The notes: generated from the letters alone by a model not told the origin. A stretch of DNA of 64,000 nucleotides from an uncultured Acetatifactor sp. (GCA_944383825.1 CALWRA010000002.1:33259-97258), one strand, 5' to 3'; positions 31,385 through 41,308 are shown, counted from the first letter of the stretch. Numbers and translations are program-made.

Positions 31385-31954
31385 ATGGAAAGAGAAAAGG
31401 CGCATGCCGTTATCGAGGCTGTGTTGTTTGCCATGGGAGACTCCGTGGAAATAAGCAGGCTGGCTGAGGTGATAGAAGAAGACTCCGGGACTACAAGGGA
31501 AATTCTGGAAGAAATGTCAGAAAGATATGATAAGGATAACAGGGGTATTATGCTGACGCAGTTTGAAAATGCGGTTCAACTGTGCACAAAGCCGGAGATG
31601 TACGAATACCTGGTTAAAATAGCAAGAACTCCTCGGAGAATAACGCTGACAGATACAGTTCTGGAGACGCTTTCCATAATCGCGTACAAGCAGCCTGTAA
31701 CAAGAGCGGAGATTGAAAGAGTGCGTGGAGTGAGCTGTGACCACGCTATAAACAAGCTTTTGGAATACGATCTGATCACAGAGCTGGGACGCCTGGATGC
31801 GCCCGGACGTCCTCTTTTGTTTGGGACAACGGAACAGTTTTTGCGAAGCTTTGGCGTAAAGAGTCTGGAGGAGCTTCCGGAACTAAACCCTGTTCAGGTG
31901 GAGGAATTCAAACAGCAGGCTCAGGCAGAGGTTGAGCTGCAGCTGGACGTATAA
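31385..31954 (+). CDS. scpB: segregation and condensation protein B
   Basis: IEAVLF, LETLSIIAYKQPVTRAEIE, GRPLLFGTT..FL..FG. Confidence 0.95.
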   Translation: MEREKAHAVIEAVLFAMGDSVEISRLAEVIEEDSGTTREILEEMSERYDKDNRGIMLTQFENAVQLCTKPEMYEYLVKIARTPRRITLTDTVLETLSIIAYKQPVTRAEIERVRGVSCDHAINKLLEYDLITELGRLDAPGRPLLFGTTEQFLRSFGVKSLEELPELNPVQVEEFKQQAQAEVELQLDV

Positions 31955-31993
31955 CGGTGGAGATCCGGGAAGACCTTTGGCTGGGAGAGTTGG

Positions 31994-32022
31994 GAATAGT
32001 CCGGATATTCTGGGCATATATT
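31994..32022 (+). promoter_or_regulatory. sigmaE-like sporulation promoter
   Basis: GAATA-N16-CATATATT before a dacB-like gene. Confidence 0.6.
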
Positions 32023-32051
32023 AGTAAAAAATCCCGGAAAGAATTTTGTAT

Positions 32052-33389
32052 ATGATAAGAAGGAAAATAGCGGGGGCGCTGGCAGGCATATTGTTTTTCT
32101 GCATGCAGGCGCCTCTTTTTGTGGCTGCACAGGACATACAGGAAGAGAACGACCCTGCGGCGGACATCTCTTTGTACGCTACTTCTGCGGCCTTGATTGA
32201 TGCAGAGTCGGGAAGAGTGCTCTATGGGAAGAATGCAGATACTCCTATGGCCATGGCCAGCACAACCAAGATTATGACATGTATAATCGTATTGGAAAGC
32301 GGCAGTCTGGAGGATACGTTGCAGGTTTCCTCCTACGCCGCAAGCATGCCGAAGGTAAAGCTGTACCTGAAGAAGGGAGAGACTTATCAGGTAAAAGATC
32401 TGCTTTATTCTCTGATGCTGGAGTCTCACAATGATTCTGCCGTGGCTCTTGCGGAGCATATTGGGAAAAGGTATCTTTCCGAGGAACTGCAGTCTAAGGA
32501 TACCTCAGAATTTACTTCGGAGGAGAGCAAAACGGCGGTGGCGGCCTTTGCCTCTTTGATGAACGCAAAAGCCAGGGAGCTGGGTTGTGAAAATACTTAT
32601 TTTATTACGCCGAATGGACTGGATGCCACGGAAACAATTACCTTGAGCAATGGGGAGACGGTGGAAAGGGAGCACTGCACCACGGCATGTGAGCTTGCCC
32701 GGATTATGGCTTATTGTATTGGAAAATCCCCCCAAAAGGATATGTTTCTGCAGATAACAAGAACGGCCAATTATAGCTTTTCTGCAAACGGAAGAAGCTT
32801 TTCCTGCACAAATCATAACGCCTTCCTGAGCATGATGGAGGGAGCGCTGAGCGGTAAGACAGGTTTTACAAATAAGGCGGGCTATTGCTATGTGGGAGCC
32901 CTTTCCAGTCAGGGAAGAACCTTTGTGGTGGCGCTTTTGGCCTGCGGCTGGCCCAATAACAAAAACTATAAATGGAGCGATACGAAAGAGCTTATGCAGT
33001 ACGGTGTGGATAACTACTTTTACCGTGATTTTTCCGCCGAGGGAACGGCCTTTGACCCGGGAAGGCTTTCTCCCATCCCCGTGGAAAACGGAAGGACAAC
33101 GGTTCTCGGAGAGACTGCGTACACTGAGCTTCAAATACAGGAAGGACAAAGCGGCGCCCCAGGACTCCTTCTTAGGGGAGATGAAAATGTTCAGGTGGAA
33201 TATCAAGTGAAAGATAATCTTCAGGCCCCGGTTGAGAGCGGGGAAGAGGTGGGAAATATTTACTACATAGTGGATGATACCATTTACAGAAAGGACGCCA
33301 TTGTAACAGTGCAAAACGTTGAAAAAATCGACTTTTCATGGTGCTGCAGACAGATCTGCCAACGGTTCCTGCAAAAGAATGCCGGGTAA
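32052..33389 (+). CDS. D-alanyl-D-alanine carboxypeptidase (DacB-like)
   Basis: STTK, SHN and KTG motifs; signal peptide; start uncertain (32046 or 32052). Confidence 0.9.
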   Translation: MIRRKIAGALAGILFFCMQAPLFVAAQDIQEENDPAADISLYATSAALIDAESGRVLYGKNADTPMAMASTTKIMTCIIVLESGSLEDTLQVSSYAASMPKVKLYLKKGETYQVKDLLYSLMLESHNDSAVALAEHIGKRYLSEELQSKDTSEFTSEESKTAVAAFASLMNAKARELGCENTYFITPNGLDATETITLSNGETVEREHCTTACELARIMAYCIGKSPQKDMFLQITRTANYSFSANGRSFSCTNHNAFLSMMEGALSGKTGFTNKAGYCYVGALSSQGRTFVVALLACGWPNNKNYKWSDTKELMQYGVDNYFYRDFSAEGTAFDPGRLSPIPVENGRTTVLGETAYTELQIQEGQSGAPGLLLRGDENVQVEYQVKDNLQAPVESGEEVGNIYYIVDDTIYRKDAIVTVQNVEKIDFSWCCRQICQRFLQKNAG

Positions 33390-33433
33390 AGGCAGGAAAT
33401 GTAAATTTTGTGAAAAAAAATGCAATTCGTTCT

Positions 33434-33461
33434 TTGCGAGTTGCTTTTTTTATGGTATACT
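33434..33461 (+). promoter_or_regulatory. sigmaA-type promoter of the decarboxylase cluster
   Basis: TTGCGA-N16-TATACT with an extended TG. Confidence 0.6.
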
Positions 33462-33561
33462 ACTACCGACATTAATCATGGGGGCATTTGCGTTATTTTG
33501 AAAATGCAACCTTTATTAATTTGTTTTTATATATTTCTATAATAAATGGAGGGCTGAGAGC

Positions 33562-34992
33562 ATGAGTACTACTTCAAAAGCGAGTCAAAGAATAACAGCT
33601 TTACTCGACGACAACAGTTTCGTTGAAATCGGCGGACTTATAACTGCAAGAGCCACTGATTTTAACATGAAACCCAATGAAACTCCTTCGGACGGATGCA
33701 TTACCGGCTATGGAGTAATCGACGGTAATCTCGTGTATGTGTACAGTCAGGATGCGTCCGTTATGAACGGTACCATCGGCGAAATGCACGCGAAAAAGAT
33801 TTCCAATCTTTATGATCTGGCAATGAAAACAGGTGCGCCTGTCATTGGTCTGATTGATTCCGCCGGGCTTAGACTTCAGGAGGCTACTGACGCCCTTGCG
33901 GCATTTGGTGAAATTTATCTCAAGCAAACACTTGCATCAGGAGTAATTCCTCAGATCACTGCTATTTTCGGCGCCTGCGGCGGCGGACTCGGGTTATTTC
34001 CCACACTGACTGACTTCACTTTTATGGAAGAGAAGAATGCAAAATTATTCGTAAATTCCCCCAACGCTCTGGATGGAAATGTAATTACAAAATGTGACTC
34101 ATCTTCTGCAGCATTTCAGTCAAAGGAGAGCGGTATTGTGGATGTGGTGGCTGATGAGCCCTCTATCCTTGCCGGAATCAGGGAACTGATCGGGTTTCTG
34201 CCTGCCAATAATGAGGACAACCTAAGCTTTGACGACTGCACTGACGACTTAAACCGCGCGAGCGCAGAGCTGGCCGGCTGTGTGGGTGACACATCCATTG
34301 CGCTTGCCGTTCTGGGTGATGATCATCGCTTCTTCGAGCTGAAGGCAGACTATGCAAAGGACATGGTAACCGGCTTTATCAAACTGAATGGCGTAACCGT
34401 GGGCGCTGTGGCAAATCGCTGTGAAATCTGTGATGAAGAAGGGAAAGTTGCGGAAAAAATGGACGCGGTTCTGACCAAAAAGGGCTGCGAAAAAGCGGCC
34501 GATTTCGTTAATTTCTGCGATGCCTTCGGCATTCCTGTTCTCACTCTGACTAACGTAAAGGGATACGAAGCAACCCTCTGCTCTGAAAAGGGAATTGCAA
34601 AGGCAGCTGCGAAGCTTACATATGCTTTTGCGAATGCAACCGTTCCCAAGGTGAACGTGATTATCGGAAAGGCGTATGGAACTGCTTATATTGTAATGAA
34701 CTCCAAATCCATTGGCGCAGACATTACAATGGCATGGCCGGATGCGCAGGTCGGAACCATGGACAGTAAGCTGGCTGCTAAAATTATGTATGATGGACAG
34801 GGGGCTGATGTGATCAATGAGAAGGCTGCAGAGTATCAGGAGCTTGCATTGAATGCAAACAGCGCTGCCAGGAGAGGATATGTGGATCAGATCGTGGAGG
34901 TGGCCGACACTAGAAAATATGTGATCGGCGCTTTTGAAATGCTGTTCACAAAAAGTGAGGAACGTCCTGCAAAAAAACACGGAACAGTCTAG
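33562..34992 (+). CDS. acyl-CoA carboxyltransferase-fold subunit (MmdA/12S-like, divergent)
   Basis: DGCITGYG.IDG..VYVYSQD, FCDAFGIP, ATVPK, RRGYVD. Confidence 0.85.
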   Translation: MSTTSKASQRITALLDDNSFVEIGGLITARATDFNMKPNETPSDGCITGYGVIDGNLVYVYSQDASVMNGTIGEMHAKKISNLYDLAMKTGAPVIGLIDSAGLRLQEATDALAAFGEIYLKQTLASGVIPQITAIFGACGGGLGLFPTLTDFTFMEEKNAKLFVNSPNALDGNVITKCDSSSAAFQSKESGIVDVVADEPSILAGIRELIGFLPANNEDNLSFDDCTDDLNRASAELAGCVGDTSIALAVLGDDHRFFELKADYAKDMVTGFIKLNGVTVGAVANRCEICDEEGKVAEKMDAVLTKKGCEKAADFVNFCDAFGIPVLTLTNVKGYEATLCSEKGIAKAAAKLTYAFANATVPKVNVIIGKAYGTAYIVMNSKSIGADITMAWPDAQVGTMDSKLAAKIMYDGQGADVINEKAAEYQELALNANSAARRGYVDQIVEVADTRKYVIGAFEMLFTKSEERPAKKHGTV

Positions 34993-35008
34993 AAAGGGTG
35001 ATTATAAA

Positions 35009-35806
35009 ATGAAGAAATTTTTTGCTTTAGTATGTATGATTACCTGTATCTTTGGTCTGACGGCCTGTGGAAGCGAAAAGGCGCTGACGGAATATGAGCA
35101 GCAGAAGGTAGATTATGCAGAACAGCTTGCGGCCCAGAGAGTGGTTCCGCTGCTGGTGAATTTTATGGATGATGCTGCTGCAGGCACCTTTGCCGAGAAT
35201 ACAAACGAGGAGATTGAATACATCTTCAGCAATGATTATAGCATGAATGTGGATGGATATGCCGTGGCGTCCGCCATAGAATCATACCATTCTGCAGCGC
35301 AGGATATGGGAAGCGTAGTGGGTATCGGAGAAGCCCAGGCCCGGATTGACGATGACCAGATTGTCGTATATGTGCAGGTGGACGGTGAAAAAAAGGACGC
35401 GCAGGCAGAGGTTATCTTCTCCAATGACATGTTTATGATTCTGGAATCTTCGGCTTTAAATCCGGTATCTTCCATGGGAGAGCTGATGACAGGCGCGACG
35501 ATGAACACTCTGGTGGGCATGGGCACTGTATTCTGCGTGCTGATTCTGATCTGTCTGATTATTTCCTGTTTTAAGTTTATTGGAAAAGCGCAGAACACAA
35601 CTTCAAAGAAGGCTTCGGAGGAAGAGAAGAGCGCGCCAGTGGAGCAGAAGGAAGCTCCGGTCATTGTACAGGAGGAAGTTTATGAAGAAACAGACGATCT
35701 GGAGCTGGTTGCAGTGATAGCGGCGGCCATAGCCGCAAGCGAAGGAACGTCTTCTGTGGATGGCTTTGTGGTGAGATCAATCCGTAAGATCAGAAGAAGA
35801 TATTAA
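35009..35806 (+). CDS. OadG/MmdD-like subunit with an N-terminal lipoprotein extension
   Basis: Lipobox LTAC; TM LVGMGTVFCVLILI; C-terminal ELVAVIAAAIAA. Confidence 0.8.
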   Translation: MKKFFALVCMITCIFGLTACGSEKALTEYEQQKVDYAEQLAAQRVVPLLVNFMDDAAAGTFAENTNEEIEYIFSNDYSMNVDGYAVASAIESYHSAAQDMGSVVGIGEAQARIDDDQIVVYVQVDGEKKDAQAEVIFSNDMFMILESSALNPVSSMGELMTGATMNTLVGMGTVFCVLILICLIISCFKFIGKAQNTTSKKASEEEKSAPVEQKEAPVIVQEEVYEETDDLELVAVIAAAIAASEGTSSVDGFVVRSIRKIRRRY

Positions 35807-35847
35807 TAGCGGATGAATGAAATTTTAATATATGGAGGAATTAAGAA

Positions 35848-36252
35848 ATGAAAAATTATACCATTACCGTTAACGGAAACGTATACGACGTAGTTGTAGA
35901 GGAAGGTGCTTCCGTTCAGGCAGCAGCAGCTCCTGTGGCGCCTGCAGCGCCCAAAGCGCCCGCACCTGCGCCAAAGGCAGCGCCCGCTGCACCGGCTCCT
36001 AAGGCACCCGCGGCTCCTGCGGCGCCCAAAGCAGCAGGAAGCGTTAAGATTGAAGCGGGAGCGGCAGGCAAGATCTTTAAAATTGAGGCAAGCGTAGGAC
36101 AGGCAGTGAAGGCGGGCGATCCCGTAGTGATTCTGGAAGCTATGAAGATGGAGATTCCCGTTGTGGCTCCCCAGGATGGAACAGTGGCAAGCATTGATGT
36201 GGCAGTTGGAGATTCTGTTGAAGCAGGCGCTGTGCTGGCTACCATGAATTAG
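35848..36252 (+). CDS. biotin carboxyl carrier subunit
   Basis: EAMKM biotinylation motif; Ala/Pro linker. Confidence 0.95.
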   Translation: MKNYTITVNGNVYDVVVEEGASVQAAAAPVAPAAPKAPAPAPKAAPAAPAPKAPAAPAAPKAAGSVKIEAGAAGKIFKIEASVGQAVKAGDPVVILEAMKMEIPVVAPQDGTVASIDVAVGDSVEAGAVLATMN

Positions 36253-36296
36253 TCAGAAGAACTGATACAGCGAAATAAACAACAGGAGGTCAACAA

Positions 36297-37448
36297 ATGG
36301 AATATATAAGTACTACGCTGAACAACCTGGTTCATCAAACGGCGTTCTTCAGTCTTACCTGGGGAAATTTCGTTATGATTCTGGTTGCTTGTGTTTTCCT
36401 TTATTTAGCAATTCGCCACGGATTTGAGCCTCTGCTTTTGATTCCGATCGCTTTCGGAATGCTGCTTGTAAACATTTACCCGGATATTATGATCAGTCCG
36501 GACGAGGCGGCAAACGGAGCAGGTGGAATGCTGTGGTATTTCTATAAGCTGGACGAACTGGCGATTCTGCCCTGCCTGATTTTCCTGGGGGTAGGAGCAA
36601 TGACGGATTTCGGACCGCTGATCGCGAACCCTCAGAGCTTTTTGCTTGGGGCTGCGGCACAGTTCGGTATTTTTGCGGCATATTTCGGAGCCATTGCGCT
36701 GGGCTTCAATGATATGGCGGCAGCGGCGATCTCCATTATCGGAGGAGCGGATGGACCTACATCCATCTTCTTGGCCAATAAGTTGGGACAGACAGCTATT
36801 CTGGGCCCTATTGCCGTAGCGGCATACTCCTATATGTCTCTGGTGCCGATTATTCAGCCGCCCATTATGAAGCTCCTGACAACGGAGAAGGAGCGCAAAA
36901 TCAAAATGGCGCAGCTGCGTCCGGTTTCCAAGCTGGAAAAAATTCTTTTCCCGATCATTGTTACCATTGTAGTGTGCTTGATTCTTCCTACCACGGCTCC
37001 CCTGGTGGGCATGCTGATGCTGGGAAATCTGTTTAAGGAGTCCGGAGTGGTAAGACAGCTGACGGATACCGCATCCAACGCTATGATGTATATTGTGGTG
37101 ATTATGCTGGGCACGTCCGTTGGAGCAACCACCAGCGCAGAGGCATTTATCAACGCAGACACGCTTAAGATCGTTGCTCTGGGGCTGATTGCATTTATGT
37201 TCGGAACAGCGGCAGGCGTCCTTTTCGGTAAACTGATGTGTGTTGTAACAAAGGGCAAGGTAAATCCTTTGATCGGTTCTGCAGGCGTATCGGCGGTGCC
37301 CATGGCGGCTCGTGTGTCCCAGAAGGTAGGAGCGGAGGCAGATCCTACCAATTTCCTGCTGATGCATGCAATGGGACCGAATGTTGCCGGTGTGATCGGT
37401 ACGGCCGTGGCGGCCGGAACCTTTATGGCTATCTTCGGAGTTTTCTAA
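36297..37448 (+). CDS. Na+-translocating decarboxylase beta subunit (OadB/MmdB family)
   Basis: FEPLLLIPI.FG, GAMTDFGPL, IIGGADGPT, AMGPNVAGVIG. Confidence 0.95.
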   Translation: MEYISTTLNNLVHQTAFFSLTWGNFVMILVACVFLYLAIRHGFEPLLLIPIAFGMLLVNIYPDIMISPDEAANGAGGMLWYFYKLDELAILPCLIFLGVGAMTDFGPLIANPQSFLLGAAAQFGIFAAYFGAIALGFNDMAAAAISIIGGADGPTSIFLANKLGQTAILGPIAVAAYSYMSLVPIIQPPIMKLLTTEKERKIKMAQLRPVSKLEKILFPIIVTIVVCLILPTTAPLVGMLMLGNLFKESGVVRQLTDTASNAMMYIVVIMLGTSVGATTSAEAFINADTLKIVALGLIAFMFGTAAGVLFGKLMCVVTKGKVNPLIGSAGVSAVPMAARVSQKVGAEADPTNFLLMHAMGPNVAGVIGTAVAAGTFMAIFGVF

Positions 37449-37488
37449 GCAGATATAACATTAAAATAAAAATGGAGGAATTAGGTAA

Positions 37489-38916
37489 ATGTCAGAACAA
37501 GTAAAAAAACCGATTAAAATTACGGAAACCATATTACGTGATGCACACCAGTCTCTGATTGCCACCAGAATGCCCACTGAGTTTATGTTGCCCATTGTGG
37601 ACAAAATGGATCAGGTGGGATACCATTCCGTAGAGTGCTGGGGCGGGGCGACCTTTGACGCTTCCCTTCGTTTTCTGAAAGAAGATCCTTGGGACAGACT
37701 CAGAAAGCTGCGCGACGGCTTTAAAAATACAAAGCTTCAGATGCTTTTCCGCGGTCAGAATATACTGGGATACAGGCCCTATGCGGATGACGTGGTGGAC
37801 TATTTTGTACAGAAGTCTATCTCAAATGGTATTGATATCATCCGTATTTTTGATTGCCTGAACGATCTGCGTAATCTTCAGGAGGCGGTAAATGCCACCA
37901 ATAAATTTAAGGTTCAGGAAGGAAGAGGGCATGCCCAGGTTGCTCTCTCATATACTTTGGGCGACGCGTATACCCTGGAGTACTGGACCGATATGGCAAA
38001 GAAAATTGAGGAAATGGGAGCGGACTCTATCTGCATTAAGGATATGGCGGGGCTTTTGGTTCCGTACAAGGCGACAGAGCTGATTACGGCGATGAAGAGT
38101 GCTACAAAGCTTCCTATTCAGCTGCACACTCACTATACGTCCGGTGTTGCCAGCATGACCTACTTAAAGGCTGTGGAAGCGGGCGTGGATGTGATTGATA
38201 CGGCCATCAGCCCCTTCGCAATGGGCACTTCTCAGCCTGCTACGGAGGTTATGGTAGAAACCTTTAGGGGAACCCCTTATGATACAGGTCTGGATCAGAA
38301 CCTTCTTGCGGAAATTGCAGATTATTTCCGCCCTTACAGAGACGAATGCCTTGCAAACGGCCTTCTCAATCCCAAGGTTATGGGTGTGGATATCAAGACT
38401 TTGCTTTATCAGGTGCCCGGCGGTATGCTTTCTAACATGGTAAGCCAGTTGAAGGAACAGAATGCGGAAGACAAATATTATGATGTGCTCAAGGAAATTC
38501 CCAGAGTGCGCAAGGATTTGGGCGAGCCTCCTCTTGTTACGCCGTCTTCCCAGATCGTTGGTACCCAGGCGGTATTCAATGTGCTTATGGGTGAGCGTTA
38601 CAAGATGGCTACAAAGGAGACCAAGGCGGTTCTGCGCGGTGAATATGGGCAGACTGTAAAGCCCATGAGCCAGGAGGTAATAGACAAGGTTATTCCCGGC
38701 GAGGAGAGAATTACCTGCCGCTACGCGGATCTTTTGGATAATGAGCTTGACAAGCTGGAGAGCGAGATGAAGGAATGGAAGCAGCAGGATGAGGATGTGC
38801 TCAGCTATGCGCTGTTCCCTCAGGTGGCTACGGAATTTTTCAAATACCGTCAGGCTCAGCAGGAAAAAGTGGATATGACCCAAGCGGATACAAAAAACGG
38901 AGCATATCCTGTGTAA
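37489..38916 (+). CDS. oxaloacetate decarboxylase alpha / pyruvate carboxyltransferase (no fused biotin domain)
   Basis: LRDAHQSL.ATR, WGGATFD, IKDMAG, HTH, QVPGGM, PPLVTPSSQIVG. Confidence 0.93.
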   Translation: MSEQVKKPIKITETILRDAHQSLIATRMPTEFMLPIVDKMDQVGYHSVECWGGATFDASLRFLKEDPWDRLRKLRDGFKNTKLQMLFRGQNILGYRPYADDVVDYFVQKSISNGIDIIRIFDCLNDLRNLQEAVNATNKFKVQEGRGHAQVALSYTLGDAYTLEYWTDMAKKIEEMGADSICIKDMAGLLVPYKATELITAMKSATKLPIQLHTHYTSGVASMTYLKAVEAGVDVIDTAISPFAMGTSQPATEVMVETFRGTPYDTGLDQNLLAEIADYFRPYRDECLANGLLNPKVMGVDIKTLLYQVPGGMLSNMVSQLKEQNAEDKYYDVLKEIPRVRKDLGEPPLVTPSSQIVGTQAVFNVLMGERYKMATKETKAVLRGEYGQTVKPMSQEVIDKVIPGEERITCRYADLLDNELDKLESEMKEWKQQDEDVLSYALFPQVATEFFKYRQAQQEKVDMTQADTKNGAYPV

Positions 38917-38956
38917 ATAGCGGCTATTCGGTTTGATTTATGAACCATGGCGGCAG

Positions 38957-39010
38957 AGGGGCTGTTGCGGAGAGACTGAGAAATCGGTCGTTCTGCGACA
39001 GCTTCTTTTT
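38957..39010 (+). terminator. long G.U-rich hairpin terminator of the decarboxylase operon
   Basis: 15-bp outer stem, 2x2 internal loop, 6-bp inner stem, GAAA loop, T-tract. Confidence 0.8.
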
Positions 39011-39062
39011 CCCATCCTGCATTTTCGGAAAATACTGCATTGAATGAAGGAGTCCGGCGTTT

Positions 39063-39983
39063 ATGGATAAAGGCAGCGAAGTATTGGGCATGATCAGTGA
39101 AAAATATATGGGGATGAGCAAAAGCCATAAAGCCATTGCTGAATATATCCTGGAACATTATGATCAGGCCGTGTTTATGACTGCGGCAAAGCTCGGAGAA
39201 GCTCTTGGAGTAAGCGAATCCACAGTGGTAAGGTTTTCATCGGCGGTGGGATTTTGCGGTTATCCCGAATTTCAGAAAGCGCTGGAAGAATGCGTAAAAA
39301 GCAAGCTAAATCAAATGCAGAAGATAGACGCCAAATACGGCAGACGACCGCAGTCGGAGGTTTTGGCTTCCGTAATTGCGGCGGATATTGAGAAGCTGCA
39401 GCATACGATGCAGCATATTGATCCTCACGCATTTGAGACGGCGGTGGATATTATTCTTGAGGCTGAGACCATTTATATTATGGGGCTTCGCAGCAATGAG
39501 CCTCTTGCGGCTTTTCTTCATTTTTATCTGAATATGATCAGAAGAGGAGTGGTGCTCATAAACACCACCAGCATAAGCGAGACCTTCGAACAAATGATAC
39601 GTATTAGAGAGAAGGACTGCTTTATCGGAATCAGCTTTCCGAGATATTCCATGCGGACGCTGAAGGCCATGGAGTTTGCAAACGACAGAAACGCCAAAGT
39701 GATTGCAATTACGGACTCGGCCCATTCACCAATGAACCTATACTCCTCCTGTAACCTGCTGGCGAGGAGTGATATGGTTTCCATTGTGGACTCTCTGGTG
39801 GCGCCTTTAAGCGTAATGAATGCGCTGGTGGTGGCGCTTTGCCTGAAACGCCCCCGGGAAGTCAGGGAAAATCTGGAAATTTTGGAGGAAACCTGGAATA
39901 ATTATCAGGTTTATCTCAATGATGAAATCAATTTTATTGATGATGAGCCGACACTGAATGATTCGCTGAAGAAAGAAACATAA
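39063..39983 (+). CDS. MurR/RpiR family transcriptional regulator
   Basis: N-terminal HTH (LGVSESTVVRF...GYPEFQ) plus SIS domain (ISFPRYS, AITDS..SP). Confidence 0.92.
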   Translation: MDKGSEVLGMISEKYMGMSKSHKAIAEYILEHYDQAVFMTAAKLGEALGVSESTVVRFSSAVGFCGYPEFQKALEECVKSKLNQMQKIDAKYGRRPQSEVLASVIAADIEKLQHTMQHIDPHAFETAVDIILEAETIYIMGLRSNEPLAAFLHFYLNMIRRGVVLINTTSISETFEQMIRIREKDCFIGISFPRYSMRTLKAMEFANDRNAKVIAITDSAHSPMNLYSSCNLLARSDMVSIVDSLVAPLSVMNALVVALCLKRPREVRENLEILEETWNNYQVYLNDEINFIDDEPTLNDSLKKET

Positions 39984-39999
39984 GCCGGGTAAAGATAAG

Positions 40000-41226
40000 A
40001 TGGGTAAAATAATTGTAATAGGAGGCGGCGCGGCCGGAATGATGGCAGCAGCCGTAGCTGCTGGACAGGGACATGAGGTGTGCCTTCTGGAGAAAAATGA
40101 AAAGCTTGGAAAAAAAATATATATTACGGGCAAGGGAAGATGTAATGTAACGAATGCTGCGGACAGGGAGACATTTTTTCAAAATGTGTGTACCAATGAG
40201 AAGTTTTTATACGGCGCTTTTTCCAGATTTAACAACCAGGCGGTTATGGAATTTTTGGAAGCGGCGGGATGTTCTCTCAAGATTGAACGGGGAGGCCGGG
40301 TGTTTCCCGTTTCAGATCACGCTTCTGACATTATTGCAGCTTTTGCCAGAGTACTGAAAAAGGAAAATGTAGATATACGGCTGAAACAAAGAGCTGTTCA
40401 AATTCTGACAAAATCGGGGCGTTTTGCCGGCGTAAAACTTGCCGACGGTGAAAAGCTGATGGGAGATGCCTGTATTATCTGTACGGGAGGGCTTTCCTAT
40501 CCCTCTACAGGCTCCACTGGGGACGGTTTTAGATTTGCAGAAGAAACAGGACATAAAGTGATTAAATGCAGGCCTTCTCTTGTTCCTCTCTGTGCAGAGG
40601 AAGAATGGTGCAAAGAGCTTATGGGGCTTTCTCTGAAGAATGTGGCCGTCAGCCTCAGAGCCGGAGGAAAAGAAAAATACAGCGGTTTTGGAGAAATGCT
40701 TTTTACTCATTTCGGAGTAAGCGGCCCCTTGATTCTTTCTGCCAGCAGCTATTATGCAGAGGTGCCGCCGGACAGAGCAGCTCTCTTGATTGACTTAAAG
40801 CCTGCGCTTTCTGCAGAGCAGCTTGATAAAAGACTTCTCAGAGATTTTGACGAAAATAGGGGCAGACAGTTTAAAAATGCACTGGGCGAATTGTTCCCTG
40901 CAAAGCTGATTCCGGTGATGATAAAGCTCTCCGGTATTCGTCCTGAAAAGAGAGTGAATGAAATAACGAAGCAGGAAAGAAGGGCTTTTGCAGAGCTGAT
41001 GAAGAGTCTGCCCCTCACCATAACAGGAACCAGAGGATTTTCAGAGGCCGTGATCACGAAGGGTGGCGTGTCTGTTAAGGAGGTCAATCCATCTACAATG
41101 GAATCGAAAAAAATGAAGGGATTGTATTTTGCTGGGGAGGTACTTGACCTGGATGCGATGACAGGGGGATTTAATCTTCAAATTGCATGGTCTACGGGAC
41201 ATCTTGCGGGGATGTGCGAAGTGTGA
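40000..41226 (+). CDS. HI0933/YhiN-family flavoprotein oxidoreductase
   Basis: GGGAAG, GKKIYITGKGRCNVTN, TGSTGDG, TGGFNLQIAWSTG. Confidence 0.92.
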   Translation: MGKIIVIGGGAAGMMAAAVAAGQGHEVCLLEKNEKLGKKIYITGKGRCNVTNAADRETFFQNVCTNEKFLYGAFSRFNNQAVMEFLEAAGCSLKIERGGRVFPVSDHASDIIAAFARVLKKENVDIRLKQRAVQILTKSGRFAGVKLADGEKLMGDACIICTGGLSYPSTGSTGDGFRFAEETGHKVIKCRPSLVPLCAEEEWCKELMGLSLKNVAVSLRAGGKEKYSGFGEMLFTHFGVSGPLILSASSYYAEVPPDRAALLIDLKPALSAEQLDKRLLRDFDENRGRQFKNALGELFPAKLIPVMIKLSGIRPEKRVNEITKQERRAFAELMKSLPLTITGTRGFSEAVITKGGVSVKEVNPSTMESKKMKGLYFAGEVLDLDAMTGGFNLQIAWSTGHLAGMCEV

Positions 41227-41265
41227 AGGGAAGCGCTGAAAGAGCAGAGGCAGAGAGAAAAACAG

Positions 41266-41294
41266 TGGAAAAACAATGTGACAAATGATATAAT
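41266..41294 (+). promoter_or_regulatory. sigmaA-type promoter of cmk-ispH-rpsA-cheR
   Basis: TGGAAA-N17-TATAAT with an extended -10 TG. Confidence 0.65.
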
Positions 41295-41308
41295 GGAAAA
41301 ATAATATT

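Noticed and set aside
33408-33425. Possible Rex operator TTGTGAA-AAAA-AATGCAA upstream of the decarboxylase cluster
   Set aside because: The left half fits but the right half matches only 3 of 7 positions; too weak without comparative data.
35926-36030. GC-rich quasi-repeats in the biotin carrier gene
   Set aside because: They encode the usual Ala/Pro/Lys flexible linker, not a repeat array.
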